Positions 56,635-64,000 of a stretch of DNA of 64,000 nt are shown piece after piece. Every line of letters starts with the position of its first letter. Position 1 is the first letter of the stretch. The DNA comes from Nitrospirota bacterium (GTDB taxonomy: Bacteria; Nitrospirota; Nitrospiria; 2-01-FULL-66-17), in the NCBI GenBank assembly GCA_049325335.1, contig JBMOMC010000007.1:1-64000 (forward strand), written 5' to 3'. Position numbers and translations under genes: made by a program. The notes beneath the pieces are model-generated. The model ran no database searches. It saw nothing but the letters and a program-made list of their open reading frames with translations, and was not told the origin of the DNA.

Positions 56635-57710
56635 GTGAGTTCGATCCTGCTTTGATCGCCCACGATGAATTTTTGCGTTCTGGGTTTGGTCGCGCACCGC
56701 ACGATTTCCACCTCACGCCCCAACAGGCTTCGCTCGATCCGGTTGTACGCGTCGATGATCCGGCCCCGTTCCAGTACGATGCTGTACTCGACCTCGCTGT
56801 TGCGCAGCACGCAGTCTGCGCCGATCGCGGTGAACGGCCCCACGTAGGAATTCTCGACCACGGTGCGCGCGCCGATCACCGCCGGCCCGCGGATCTGACT
56901 CCCGATAATCGTGGCGCCCGGTTCCAGAATGACCTTGCCCGCGATGTCGGACTTCTCGTCCACTTGGCCGGGGCCGAACGGCTCAGGCTGCTCGCGGATC
57001 TTATCGAGCGCGAGCCGATTGGCTTCCAGCAAGTCCTCGGGTTTTCCGGTGTCCTTCCACCAGCCCGTGATCTCGGAGTAACCCACGCGGTGTCCGTGTT
57101 CCAAAAGGTATTGGTGGGCGTCCGAGATCTCCAACTCGCCGCGCGCGCTGGGCCTGATGGCATTCACCGCCTCGAAAATGTGTCGGTCGTAAATGTAGAT
57201 CCCGGTCACGGCGAAGGTGCTCTTGGGCTGCGCGGGTTTCTCCTGCACGCCGACCAACCTGCCGTCGAGGAGTTCCGGCACGCCGAACCGTTCCGGGTCG
57301 CGCACGCGCGCGAACACCAGCCGGCAGTGATCCTGGTCCCGCGAGAATTCGTCGATGAACTGGCGGATCCCACCCACGATCACGTTGTCCCCCAGGTAAA
57401 ACACGAACGGCTCGTTGCCGATGAACTCCTGGGCCACGCGCACCACGTGCGCCAGCCCGCGCGGCGCATCCTGCACCACGTACGTGAGCTTAAGCCCCCA
57501 GGCTTCGCCTCCGCCGAGCGCCTGACGGATCTCCTCACCGGTGTCGGGGTTGATCACGATGCCGACTTCTCGTATGCCCGCGTCCGCGACCGACTCGAGG
57601 GCGTACGCGATCATCGGTTTATTCGCGATCGGGATGAGGTGTTTGTTGGAGGTGTGGGTGATCGGCCGCAGGCGGGTCCCCTTGCCGCCGGCCGTAATCA
57701 ACGCTTTCAT
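56631..57710 (-). CDS. rmlA: Glucose-1-phosphate thymidylyltransferase (long form)
   Basis: AGGKGTRLRPIT...K, GLAH, LGDN, EKP, PSARGELEI and WWKDTG; C-terminal beta-helix. Confidence 0.93.
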   Translation of the reverse strand: MKALITAGGKGTRLRPITHTSNKHLIPIANKPMIAYALESVADAGIREVGIVINPDTGEEIRQALGGGEAWGLKLTYVVQDAPRGLAHVVRVAQEFIGNEPFVFYLGDNVIVGGIRQFIDEFSRDQDHCRLVFARVRDPERFGVPELLDGRLVGVQEKPAQPKSTFAVTGIYIYDRHIFEAVNAIRPSARGELEISDAHQYLLEHGHRVGYSEITGWWKDTGKPEDLLEANRLALDKIREQPEPFGPGQVDEKSDIAGKVILEPGATIIGSQIRGPAVIGARTVVENSYVGPFTAIGADCVLRNSEVEYSIVLERGRIIDAYNRIERSLLGREVEIVRCATKPRTQKFIVGDQSRIELT

Positions 57711-57852
57711 GCGATGGTCCCGTCGATCAGCCGACCGGCATCGTATAAGGTCCTTGACCGACCTGTCAATGACGACTGCTCACGACGAACCGCCGTCCCG
57801 CTCGGACACGTCGCCCGTGATCGCGCCCCCGGGCCGCGTATCCCGCCGTGCA

Positions 57853-58524
57853 TCATACGGCGCTCGGTTTTCTGGCCACGACCACTTTCATGTGGCGAAT
57901 GGCGTGCCGAGGCTCGGATACGTCCCTGATGGCGGCCGAAAATCCGGCGGCCTCCAGACGGGCGCCGATATCCGTTCCATAGTTCCGAAATGCCAGGACC
58001 CGCCCAAGCCCCCTGATGCGATCGCCGTGATACTCCGGCGGCAACACATGGACGACCCGGCCGTCTTGAAGCACCGCGCGCTCCACGGTGACGGCGTTGC
58101 CCAACAACGGCACGGTGAAGGCAAAATACCCGCCCGGTTTCAGCACGCGATAAATTTCTCGAAATCCCTGTTGATCATTTGGAACATGCTCGAACACCTC
58201 CGTGCTGGTCACGAGGTCGAATACGTCCGAATCATAGGTGAGCCGTTGAACATCCTGGCACTGGATCGTCCCTTTGAACGCACCCGGCGGAACCTCATCG
58301 AAGTATTCAGAACACGTGAGGTCGGGAAATCTTCTGCGTAAATAGGCCACCAGCGCGCCCCGACTCGACAGCTCATACACGCGGATAGTGTCGGCAAGCG
58401 GGAGACTGCCGAGCACGACCCCAAGGGCGCGATGAATGAACGTCGACAGACACCGGAGACACCTCACGCCGAACTTACCCGTCCAAACCCTCGCGACCAG
58501 GAACCCACACAGATTACATCTCAC
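57853..58524 (-). CDS. Class I SAM-dependent methyltransferase
   Basis: N-terminal CxxC..CxxC; FDLV.S.EVFEHV and E.YRVLKPGG...FTVP; GTGA overlap. Confidence 0.85.
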   Translation of the reverse strand: MRCNLCGFLVARVWTGKFGVRCLRCLSTFIHRALGVVLGSLPLADTIRVYELSSRGALVAYLRRRFPDLTCSEYFDEVPPGAFKGTIQCQDVQRLTYDSDVFDLVTSTEVFEHVPNDQQGFREIYRVLKPGGYFAFTVPLLGNAVTVERAVLQDGRVVHVLPPEYHGDRIRGLGRVLAFRNYGTDIGARLEAAGFSAAIRDVSEPRHAIRHMKVVVARKPSAV

Positions 58525-59714
58525 GCCCAACACCGTCGGACCGTCTCAAATTCATCGAGCATGGCGAAGACGCCTTTGACGTAATCATCCGCGGTCCAAC
58601 TTGCCGCGCGTTTGTAGCCGTTCGTCATCAGGTTCTGCCGCAGGTCCGGGTGATCCCGAAGGTGTGTGATTGCCTCGGCCATCTGTTCCGGGTCATGGGG
58701 ATCACAAAACATCGCGGCGTCGCCGAGTTGTTCGCGTGCGCCGGGATACTCGGCCAACACCACCGGGCAACCGACTGAACACGCTTCCAGCGGCGGCAGA
58801 TTCTCCGGGCCGGAAAACGACGGGTAAACCAACGCCGTCGCATGCCGGTACAACCAGACCAGGTCCTCGGTGGTGACAAAACCCAGCATATGGACTCGTG
58901 CGGTCAGCTTCAGATCATCAACCACCGACTTCACGCGGCCCAGGTTTCCCTTGTCAGACCCGGTGAGAACCAGATCAACGTCCATGCCGTGCCGAGTGTG
59001 AAGCAGGTGCAACGCGCGGACAAGATTCACGTGATTTTTGTGCGGCCAGAACTGGGCGGGATACACGAGAAACTGCTTCCCGCCGACCGCGCCCACCACC
59101 CGAGGGCTCGGCGCGTCGTTACCCGTGGGAAGTGTGGGCGTTGGATGCGGAAGGATGCGAATCCGGTCCTGCGGCACCTGGTAGTACGCGCCCAGTTGTT
59201 CGGCGCCGACCTTGGTGCCCGTGATGACGTACGTGGCCCGCCTCAAGAACGTGGCGTGGCGAACCTCACGGTAGACCCAATGCCCGCGTGATGACACCTC
59301 GGGGAACCAGGGATGGGTCCGGTGTTGGATGTCCCACACCGTGCCGATATACGGGATATCCGGGGTATCGTAGACGCCGCCGCCCACAAACCACACCAGC
59401 TCCACGCCCCGCGACCGCGCCGCCCGCTCAAACCGGCTCGGCACCCGGTACAGGAACGCAACGAGCGGAGAAAAATGCTTGACCGCGGCGATCCCGGTTT
59501 CAACAAATCCCTTGGGTGGGATCCCGATGAACTCCAGGTTGTCCCCCTTGGAACTCGATTGCAGCGACCTGGCCTGTGTCGGGTGACAAAACGCGACAAA
59601 GTGATGCGAACTGGTATGAGCCCGCCGGAGAAAGGCGTCGAAGACCTGCGACGTAAAGGTATACCCCCCACCCGCTTCCGGGACGAAATCTCCCAGGCAC
59701 ACGCCGACCCGCAT
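58521..59714 (-). CDS. Glycosyltransferase family 4
   Basis: WDIQH..P.FPE, YPAQFWPHKNH and YPS....NLPPLEA...GCPV; TGATG overlap. Confidence 0.9.
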   Translation of the reverse strand: MRVGVCLGDFVPEAGGGYTFTSQVFDAFLRRAHTSSHHFVAFCHPTQARSLQSSSKGDNLEFIGIPPKGFVETGIAAVKHFSPLVAFLYRVPSRFERAARSRGVELVWFVGGGVYDTPDIPYIGTVWDIQHRTHPWFPEVSSRGHWVYREVRHATFLRRATYVITGTKVGAEQLGAYYQVPQDRIRILPHPTPTLPTGNDAPSPRVVGAVGGKQFLVYPAQFWPHKNHVNLVRALHLLHTRHGMDVDLVLTGSDKGNLGRVKSVVDDLKLTARVHMLGFVTTEDLVWLYRHATALVYPSFSGPENLPPLEACSVGCPVVLAEYPGAREQLGDAAMFCDPHDPEQMAEAITHLRDHPDLRQNLMTNGYKRAASWTADDYVKGVFAMLDEFETVRRCWA

Positions 59715-60841
59715 CAGGCCCGGCGACCGCACTGGGTGGCGTAGCCGCGGCGAATCAGGTCGGCGATATGCCGAATCGTGTCTTCGCTCAAGGTATACGC
59801 CGACGGCAGATACAATCCGGAAATCCACAATGAATCAGCCACCGGGCACGGGACTCTTTTAAATCCCGGCAGCGAGGTCAGGCACGGCTGCTGATTCATG
59901 GGACAGAAGAACGTCCTGGTATCCACGCCATTCTGTAAGAGATACGCCGCCACCTCGTCACGCGTCGCGCCATACTCCGGTCGGATAACCAGCGCATACA
60001 TCCAGTAGACATTGAAGGCCCAGTCCATTTCCACGGGCAAACGCAGTCCCGGAATATCACCGAGGAACTTGTTGTACAGATGGGCCACGCGACGTTTCTC
60101 CGCAATGATCCGATCGATCCTCCGAACCTGCGCCAGCCCCATGGCTGCCTGGTAGCCGGTCATCCGAAAGTTATACCCCGCCACCTCATGGCGAAACCGC
60201 GGTTTGGTAAACGCGAGGTTCCGGAGCAGCCGCAGTCGCTCCGCCAACGCATCGCTGTTCGTCACGACCATCCCACCCTCACCGGTGGTGATGATTTTGT
60301 TGGCGTAGAAACTAAAACATGAGAGATCGCCGAAACTCCCGGTGATCTTGCCCCGACAGGTTGCGCCGTGTGACTCGGCGCAGTCCTCGATCACGGAGAG
60401 GTTGTGCTTTCTGGCGAGAGCCATCAGTCGATCCATATCCACCGGGTGTCCGAACAGATGAACCGGAATAATGGCTCTGGTCTTCGGCGTGATGAGGCGC
60501 TCCACCAAATCAAGATTGAGGTTCCAGGTCACGTCCTCCGAGTCCACGGGAACCGGAATGGCGCCCTTGTGTACGACCCCCAGCGCGGTGGCGATGTTGG
60601 TGCTGGCGCTGACCAGGACCTCGTCGCCGGCCGTGATGCCCGCCGCATCCACGGCCAGGTGCAATGCCGTGGTTCCGCTGGTAACCGCCACGCCGTGTTT
60701 GCACCCGGCAAAGGCCGCGAACTCCCGTTCGAACTGATCCAGCGCCCGGCCGAAGTTCCCCGAAATTTCTCCGCGCCGCAACGCCTCGACTACGCCCTGG
60801 ATCTCCTCTTCGCCGATCACGGGCTCAAACACGGGAATCAC
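59714..60841 (-). CDS. DegT/DnrJ/EryC1/StrS aminotransferase (perosamine synthetase-like)
   Basis: SGTTALHLA, PVHLFG, IEDCAESHG, SFYANKIITTGEGG and GYNFRM. Confidence 0.93.
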   Translation of the reverse strand: MIPVFEPVIGEEEIQGVVEALRRGEISGNFGRALDQFEREFAAFAGCKHGVAVTSGTTALHLAVDAAGITAGDEVLVSASTNIATALGVVHKGAIPVPVDSEDVTWNLNLDLVERLITPKTRAIIPVHLFGHPVDMDRLMALARKHNLSVIEDCAESHGATCRGKITGSFGDLSCFSFYANKIITTGEGGMVVTNSDALAERLRLLRNLAFTKPRFRHEVAGYNFRMTGYQAAMGLAQVRRIDRIIAEKRRVAHLYNKFLGDIPGLRLPVEMDWAFNVYWMYALVIRPEYGATRDEVAAYLLQNGVDTRTFFCPMNQQPCLTSLPGFKRVPCPVADSLWISGLYLPSAYTLSEDTIRHIADLIRRGYATQCGRRA

Positions 60842-61251
60842 TGCTTGACCTCCACATTCACCTTATCCATCTCATCACCAAGAAACGGGCCCTGCTTTAC
60901 GCTCACGCATTGCATATCCTCGATCACCTTGATGCAGTGCGCGCCGTGGATCAACAGAATAGCGTCGCCCTGTCGAAGGGTCACTTCCCGCAACGGACGC
61001 CCGGCATCGTCAAAGAACTCCACGGCCACCACCCCACGCTGCACCACGAACATCTGCTGCAAATCCATGATCGTCCGCGCCACGGGTTTATGGGTATGCG
61101 GCGGCTCCACAAAACCGGTCTCGTGGGCCAACAACCCGAATTGAAACGACGACTCCGCCGGAGAGAAGAATCGGCTTTTAGGAACTCGGGTGTCGGCCCA
61201 AAGCACCTCTGCGTAGCGAATGCCGTTGTATTCGATGACCTCAAAGCTCAT
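60838..61251 (-). CDS. Small cupin-fold protein of the sugar biosynthesis cluster
   Basis: PHTH, V.RG and L..GD.ILL..GAH......VKQGP pattern. Confidence 0.7.
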   Translation of the reverse strand: MSFEVIEYNGIRYAEVLWADTRVPKSRFFSPAESSFQFGLLAHETGFVEPPHTHKPVARTIMDLQQMFVVQRGVVAVEFFDDAGRPLREVTLRQGDAILLIHGAHCIKVIEDMQCVSVKQGPFLGDEMDKVNVEVKQ

Positions 61252-61286
61252 GTCACGCCTCGTCTGAGAGATGGACCCTTTCCTTA

Positions 61287-62216
61287 TTAGGACAGATCAG
61301 CAATCCGCACCATTTCATTCCGCTCAACCTCGCAGAGCGACAGATCCCGAATGGCGTGGATCCGTTGCGCGCCAGCAAGAAACGTGAGCCGGCCGGATTG
61401 GTCGCGGGATTCACGGAATTTGGACTCCACGTAGGCCTCCTGCGCGGTCAATTCCCGAATACCGGACAAGCGGTCCCGACGCACGAAATAGGCGTTGTTC
61501 CCGGCGCTGTTGGATCCCACCAACGCATACCCCTTCTTCTTGGCGAGCCGTTCAAGCGCGGCAATCGAACAGCCCCAGTACAGATGCGAGTAGTGAGCGG
61601 CTCCGCGCTGGAACCGTGGATCGTATGGCACGCTGACCGCGTGCTCCCAGCCGAACACGCTGTTGTATTCCACCACCACGATCACGGGATTCACGCATTC
61701 GATACGTTCCCACACCCAGTAGTCGTTGCCGTCAATATCAATGCTAAGCAATCCGATGTCCCCGGACATACCGGCGGATTTGATGAGCCCGTTGATATTG
61801 TCTCGGTCGATGAAGGCACAGAGCGCGCGCAGGTCGTGCCGCCACGAAATTCGGTCATACTGAATGTGCCGGATATTGCGTGGGTCCCCGTCAATCACCA
61901 CTCCCTTCCAATTGTCGTTGGTCAGCAAGAAGCGTGTGTTGGACTCCTCATAGCTTTCGACACCAAACTCCACGAAACACTGCTCGCAGTTTGTAATACC
62001 CGTGCGATGAATCAGGTACTGGATAATACCGTCGTCCCCGAACTGAGAGAACACTTTGAACTCGGCCTGGTGGAGATGGGTCACCGGCGCGGATGCCTTC
62101 ATCTGGTGAATCAACAGTTTGGCGGCAAGCGTCTTGGCCTCCGCCACCTGATCGGGCAGCAGGAGCAGCCGCTTCAGATACGCCACGATCAGGTTCAAGA
62201 GTCTCGTTGCGCTCAC
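61287..62216 (-). CDS. Conserved hypothetical protein, FkbM-like methyltransferase fold
   Basis: SQFGDDGII, FVEFG, W.G..ID, LLSIDIDGNDYWVW, VEYN and GNNAYFV. Confidence 0.75.
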   Translation of the reverse strand: MSATRLLNLIVAYLKRLLLLPDQVAEAKTLAAKLLIHQMKASAPVTHLHQAEFKVFSQFGDDGIIQYLIHRTGITNCEQCFVEFGVESYEESNTRFLLTNDNWKGVVIDGDPRNIRHIQYDRISWRHDLRALCAFIDRDNINGLIKSAGMSGDIGLLSIDIDGNDYWVWERIECVNPVIVVVEYNSVFGWEHAVSVPYDPRFQRGAAHYSHLYWGCSIAALERLAKKKGYALVGSNSAGNNAYFVRRDRLSGIRELTAQEAYVESKFRESRDQSGRLTFLAGAQRIHAIRDLSLCEVERNEMVRIADLS

Positions 62217-62225
62217 GATCCCGAC

Positions 62226-63068
62226 TCACCCGTTGGTTTTGTCCAGCATGAACCCCTTAAACTCTACCCGTCGCAGTCCGTAACTCATCACCCCGTCGAG
62301 CGCGTCAAACTCCGCCAGCACACGGTACCGACCGAGGGTTGGAGCCAGCAACTCGTCCCGGTTGAACAACCACAACGGATACGACGCCTTTCCCAAGCGC
62401 GGCGGAACCTGTTGCACTGCGATCCGGCTCTCGGGCAGATCAATGACCGGCGTGCGATCAACCACGATCATGGTCGGCGCGACATCCACCACCCCCCGGA
62501 GAAGATCGGTCGGTTGTTCCAGATATTGGAGCACAGCCGAAAACAGTACCACATCCGGCCGCCCCTGCCGAACAGCGTCATCAACGGACAACGTGAATTT
62601 CAGCACGTCATTTTCGAAGACGTCCTTCCCGCACCGGACAAACTCCGGTTGTTCAACGACGATCCATTTCAGCCCTTTGAGGTGCGTGAGGAACGGACGA
62701 CACTGGTGATACGAGGAGCCGAGCGAGCCGCCGAAGTCCAAGACGTTCAGGCCGTCACCTCGCACCGCAGCCGCGCGCTGGAGCGCGGCCAACAATGGAA
62801 ATGGAGGCACGGCGTGATCGAGCACCACCCCATCCCGTTCGAATGCGCCCTCGATCGTGGCCGCGCGCAGGGTCGCGGCTTTGACCCGCTGCAAAATTTC
62901 CGGGGTATCGTACCCCGAGGAATGGGCTAACGCCGATGGCCAATTCGGGAACGATCCGGCAAAACGGATTCGCAGGCCCAGATACGGCCCCACCAGCCGG
63001 AACACGCCTTCGGGCACCCACTCTCTGATCGCGGAATGCGACGTCGTCATCCTCAGGATGCCTCGCAT
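62226..63068 (-). CDS. Putative methyltransferase (TIGR04325/LIC12133-like)
   Basis: FERDGV, VLDFGGSLGSSY, WIVVEQ, SAVLQY and DRTP. Confidence 0.8.
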   Translation of the reverse strand: MRGILRMTTSHSAIREWVPEGVFRLVGPYLGLRIRFAGSFPNWPSALAHSSGYDTPEILQRVKAATLRAATIEGAFERDGVVLDHAVPPFPLLAALQRAAAVRGDGLNVLDFGGSLGSSYHQCRPFLTHLKGLKWIVVEQPEFVRCGKDVFENDVLKFTLSVDDAVRQGRPDVVLFSAVLQYLEQPTDLLRGVVDVAPTMIVVDRTPVIDLPESRIAVQQVPPRLGKASYPLWLFNRDELLAPTLGRYRVLAEFDALDGVMSYGLRRVEFKGFMLDKTNG

Positions 63069-63895
63069 GTCGTCGGCTTGTGCTGACCGATAATCTCGGC
63101 AAGCTGAACACGAGGAAACTCGTCCAGCATCCCCCCGACCGTGGCGTTACTGATGGTCACGCCGTTGGCACGGGCGATCCGCTTGAGATGCCGATACTGC
63201 GTCCAGAGCGCGACATAGGCATTGAGTTCTTCATATAGGGGAATCTTTATGCTCCCGGCATCATCCACCGCGAAATCTTTTCCGCGGAGCACTGTCGGCT
63301 CGAACGAATATTTGTATTCACGGGTAATGAGCGAATCGTGGTCCGTGCCCAACAGGTAGATCTCCGCAAATCCCATATAGAGCGCCACCATCAGGCACAT
63401 GATCGGAACGGAGCCGATCACCGGGACGAGTCCGCAGATATCAATGATCCGAGTTTCTCCGGGCCAAAACGGTCTGGCCGAACACAGGTAGTTCACGCGG
63501 CGCGTTGGAAACAGCGCATGACCTTTGACCAAGTGATATTCCGAGCTGCCCAAAAACAACTCGGCGCGACCAAGACGCCCGTCCATTTCTTTAAACCATC
63601 GGACGAAATCCTCCTCCTGCATGACGCCATAGGTGACCGGCGGGACGAAATGATACGCCGGGCTGATCCGATGGAAATCCGTGTGCAGATAGCCGCTCGA
63701 AACGCTCATGACCACTTCGTTCCGAAGCGGGGTCAAATCTTGTTTGAGCACCGACGGCCCATTACAGAGGATAAAACACCGCTCGCCCCGGTGTCTGCTG
63801 CGAAACCGACGATTGGCGCGCAGATCCCCGTGATGGAACACACGAAACCCCAACGCCCGCGACACCCGCTTCGCCGCATGCCGGACGCCCGTCAT
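63053..63895 (-). CDS. DUF115/MptE-like (MAF-type) protein
   Basis: H.GERCFILCNGPS, ALYMGF.EIYLLG.D and NAT.GG.L..FPR; ATGA overlap with the upstream gene. Confidence 0.78.
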   Translation of the reverse strand: MTGVRHAAKRVSRALGFRVFHHGDLRANRRFRSRHRGERCFILCNGPSVLKQDLTPLRNEVVMSVSSGYLHTDFHRISPAYHFVPPVTYGVMQEEDFVRWFKEMDGRLGRAELFLGSSEYHLVKGHALFPTRRVNYLCSARPFWPGETRIIDICGLVPVIGSVPIMCLMVALYMGFAEIYLLGTDHDSLITREYKYSFEPTVLRGKDFAVDDAGSIKIPLYEELNAYVALWTQYRHLKRIARANGVTISNATVGGMLDEFPRVQLAEIIGQHKPTTCEAS

Positions 63896-64000
63896 CGCCA
63901 CACCCACGCCATCTTGATCGCCCCGTAGACCGCCCAAAGCCCGGCCAGGCGGATCACGGCGGAGCGCACGTGGGCGCGCGCCTCGGCAAAGGCCTCGGCA
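63892..64000 (-). CDS. 3' end of an upstream gene truncated by the window edge
   Basis: Open frame ...AVIRLAGLWAVYGAIKMAWVWR-stop whose TGA overlaps ATG 63895. Confidence 0.4.
   Translation of the reverse strand, partial: AEAFAEARAHVRSAVIRLAGLWAVYGAIKMAWVWR

Noticed and set aside
60838..61251. Cupin as the missing RmlC
   Set aside because: Too short and lacks RmlC motifs such as DxRGxF and RGLHxQ.

Overview
GC-rich bacterial chromosomal window. Gene content is reminiscent of Nitrospirota, but that is inference and was not tested. Five blocks: (1) 1-4.7 kb: GT-C-like membrane protein, DUF2203 protein, pentaheme cytochrome c and ispH. (2) 5.1-23.6 kb: all-minus-strand heavy-metal/copper locus with a leader ORF, a TolC-MFP-RND pump, a second leader ORF, an uncharacterised cassette (cytochrome c, His-rich membrane protein, porin, two FMN-binding-like proteins), a Cu(I) P1B-ATPase, a UbiB/ABC1 kinase, DUF2933, an ICMT-family protein and copAB. 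(3) 23.8-28.3 kb: dnaE-accA. (4) 28.5-54.7 kb: a large periplasmic redox neighbourhood with two paralogous giant (about 1600 aa) MnxG-like multicopper oxidases, a sigma54 activator with a clear -24/-12 promoter, two amicyanin-loop cupredoxin-like proteins, TPR and LRR proteins, a pair of paralogous unknown secreted proteins, and a six-gene translationally coupled operon of beta-propeller proteins, four of which carry a c-type heme domain. (5) 54.7-64 kb: rmlD, rmlB, rmlA and other surface-polysaccharide genes. Several REP/MITE-like palindromes are present; one lies in frame exactly at a domain-fusion junction. No rRNA, tRNA, CRISPR array, transposase or integrase was recognised. Best candidates for undescribed systems: the propeller-heme operon beside the twin multicopper oxidases, and the porin/cytochrome/FMN-like cassette inside the copper operon. 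Many start codons were re-called from RBS or stop/start overlaps and are approximate; family names come from motif recognition, not database searches.
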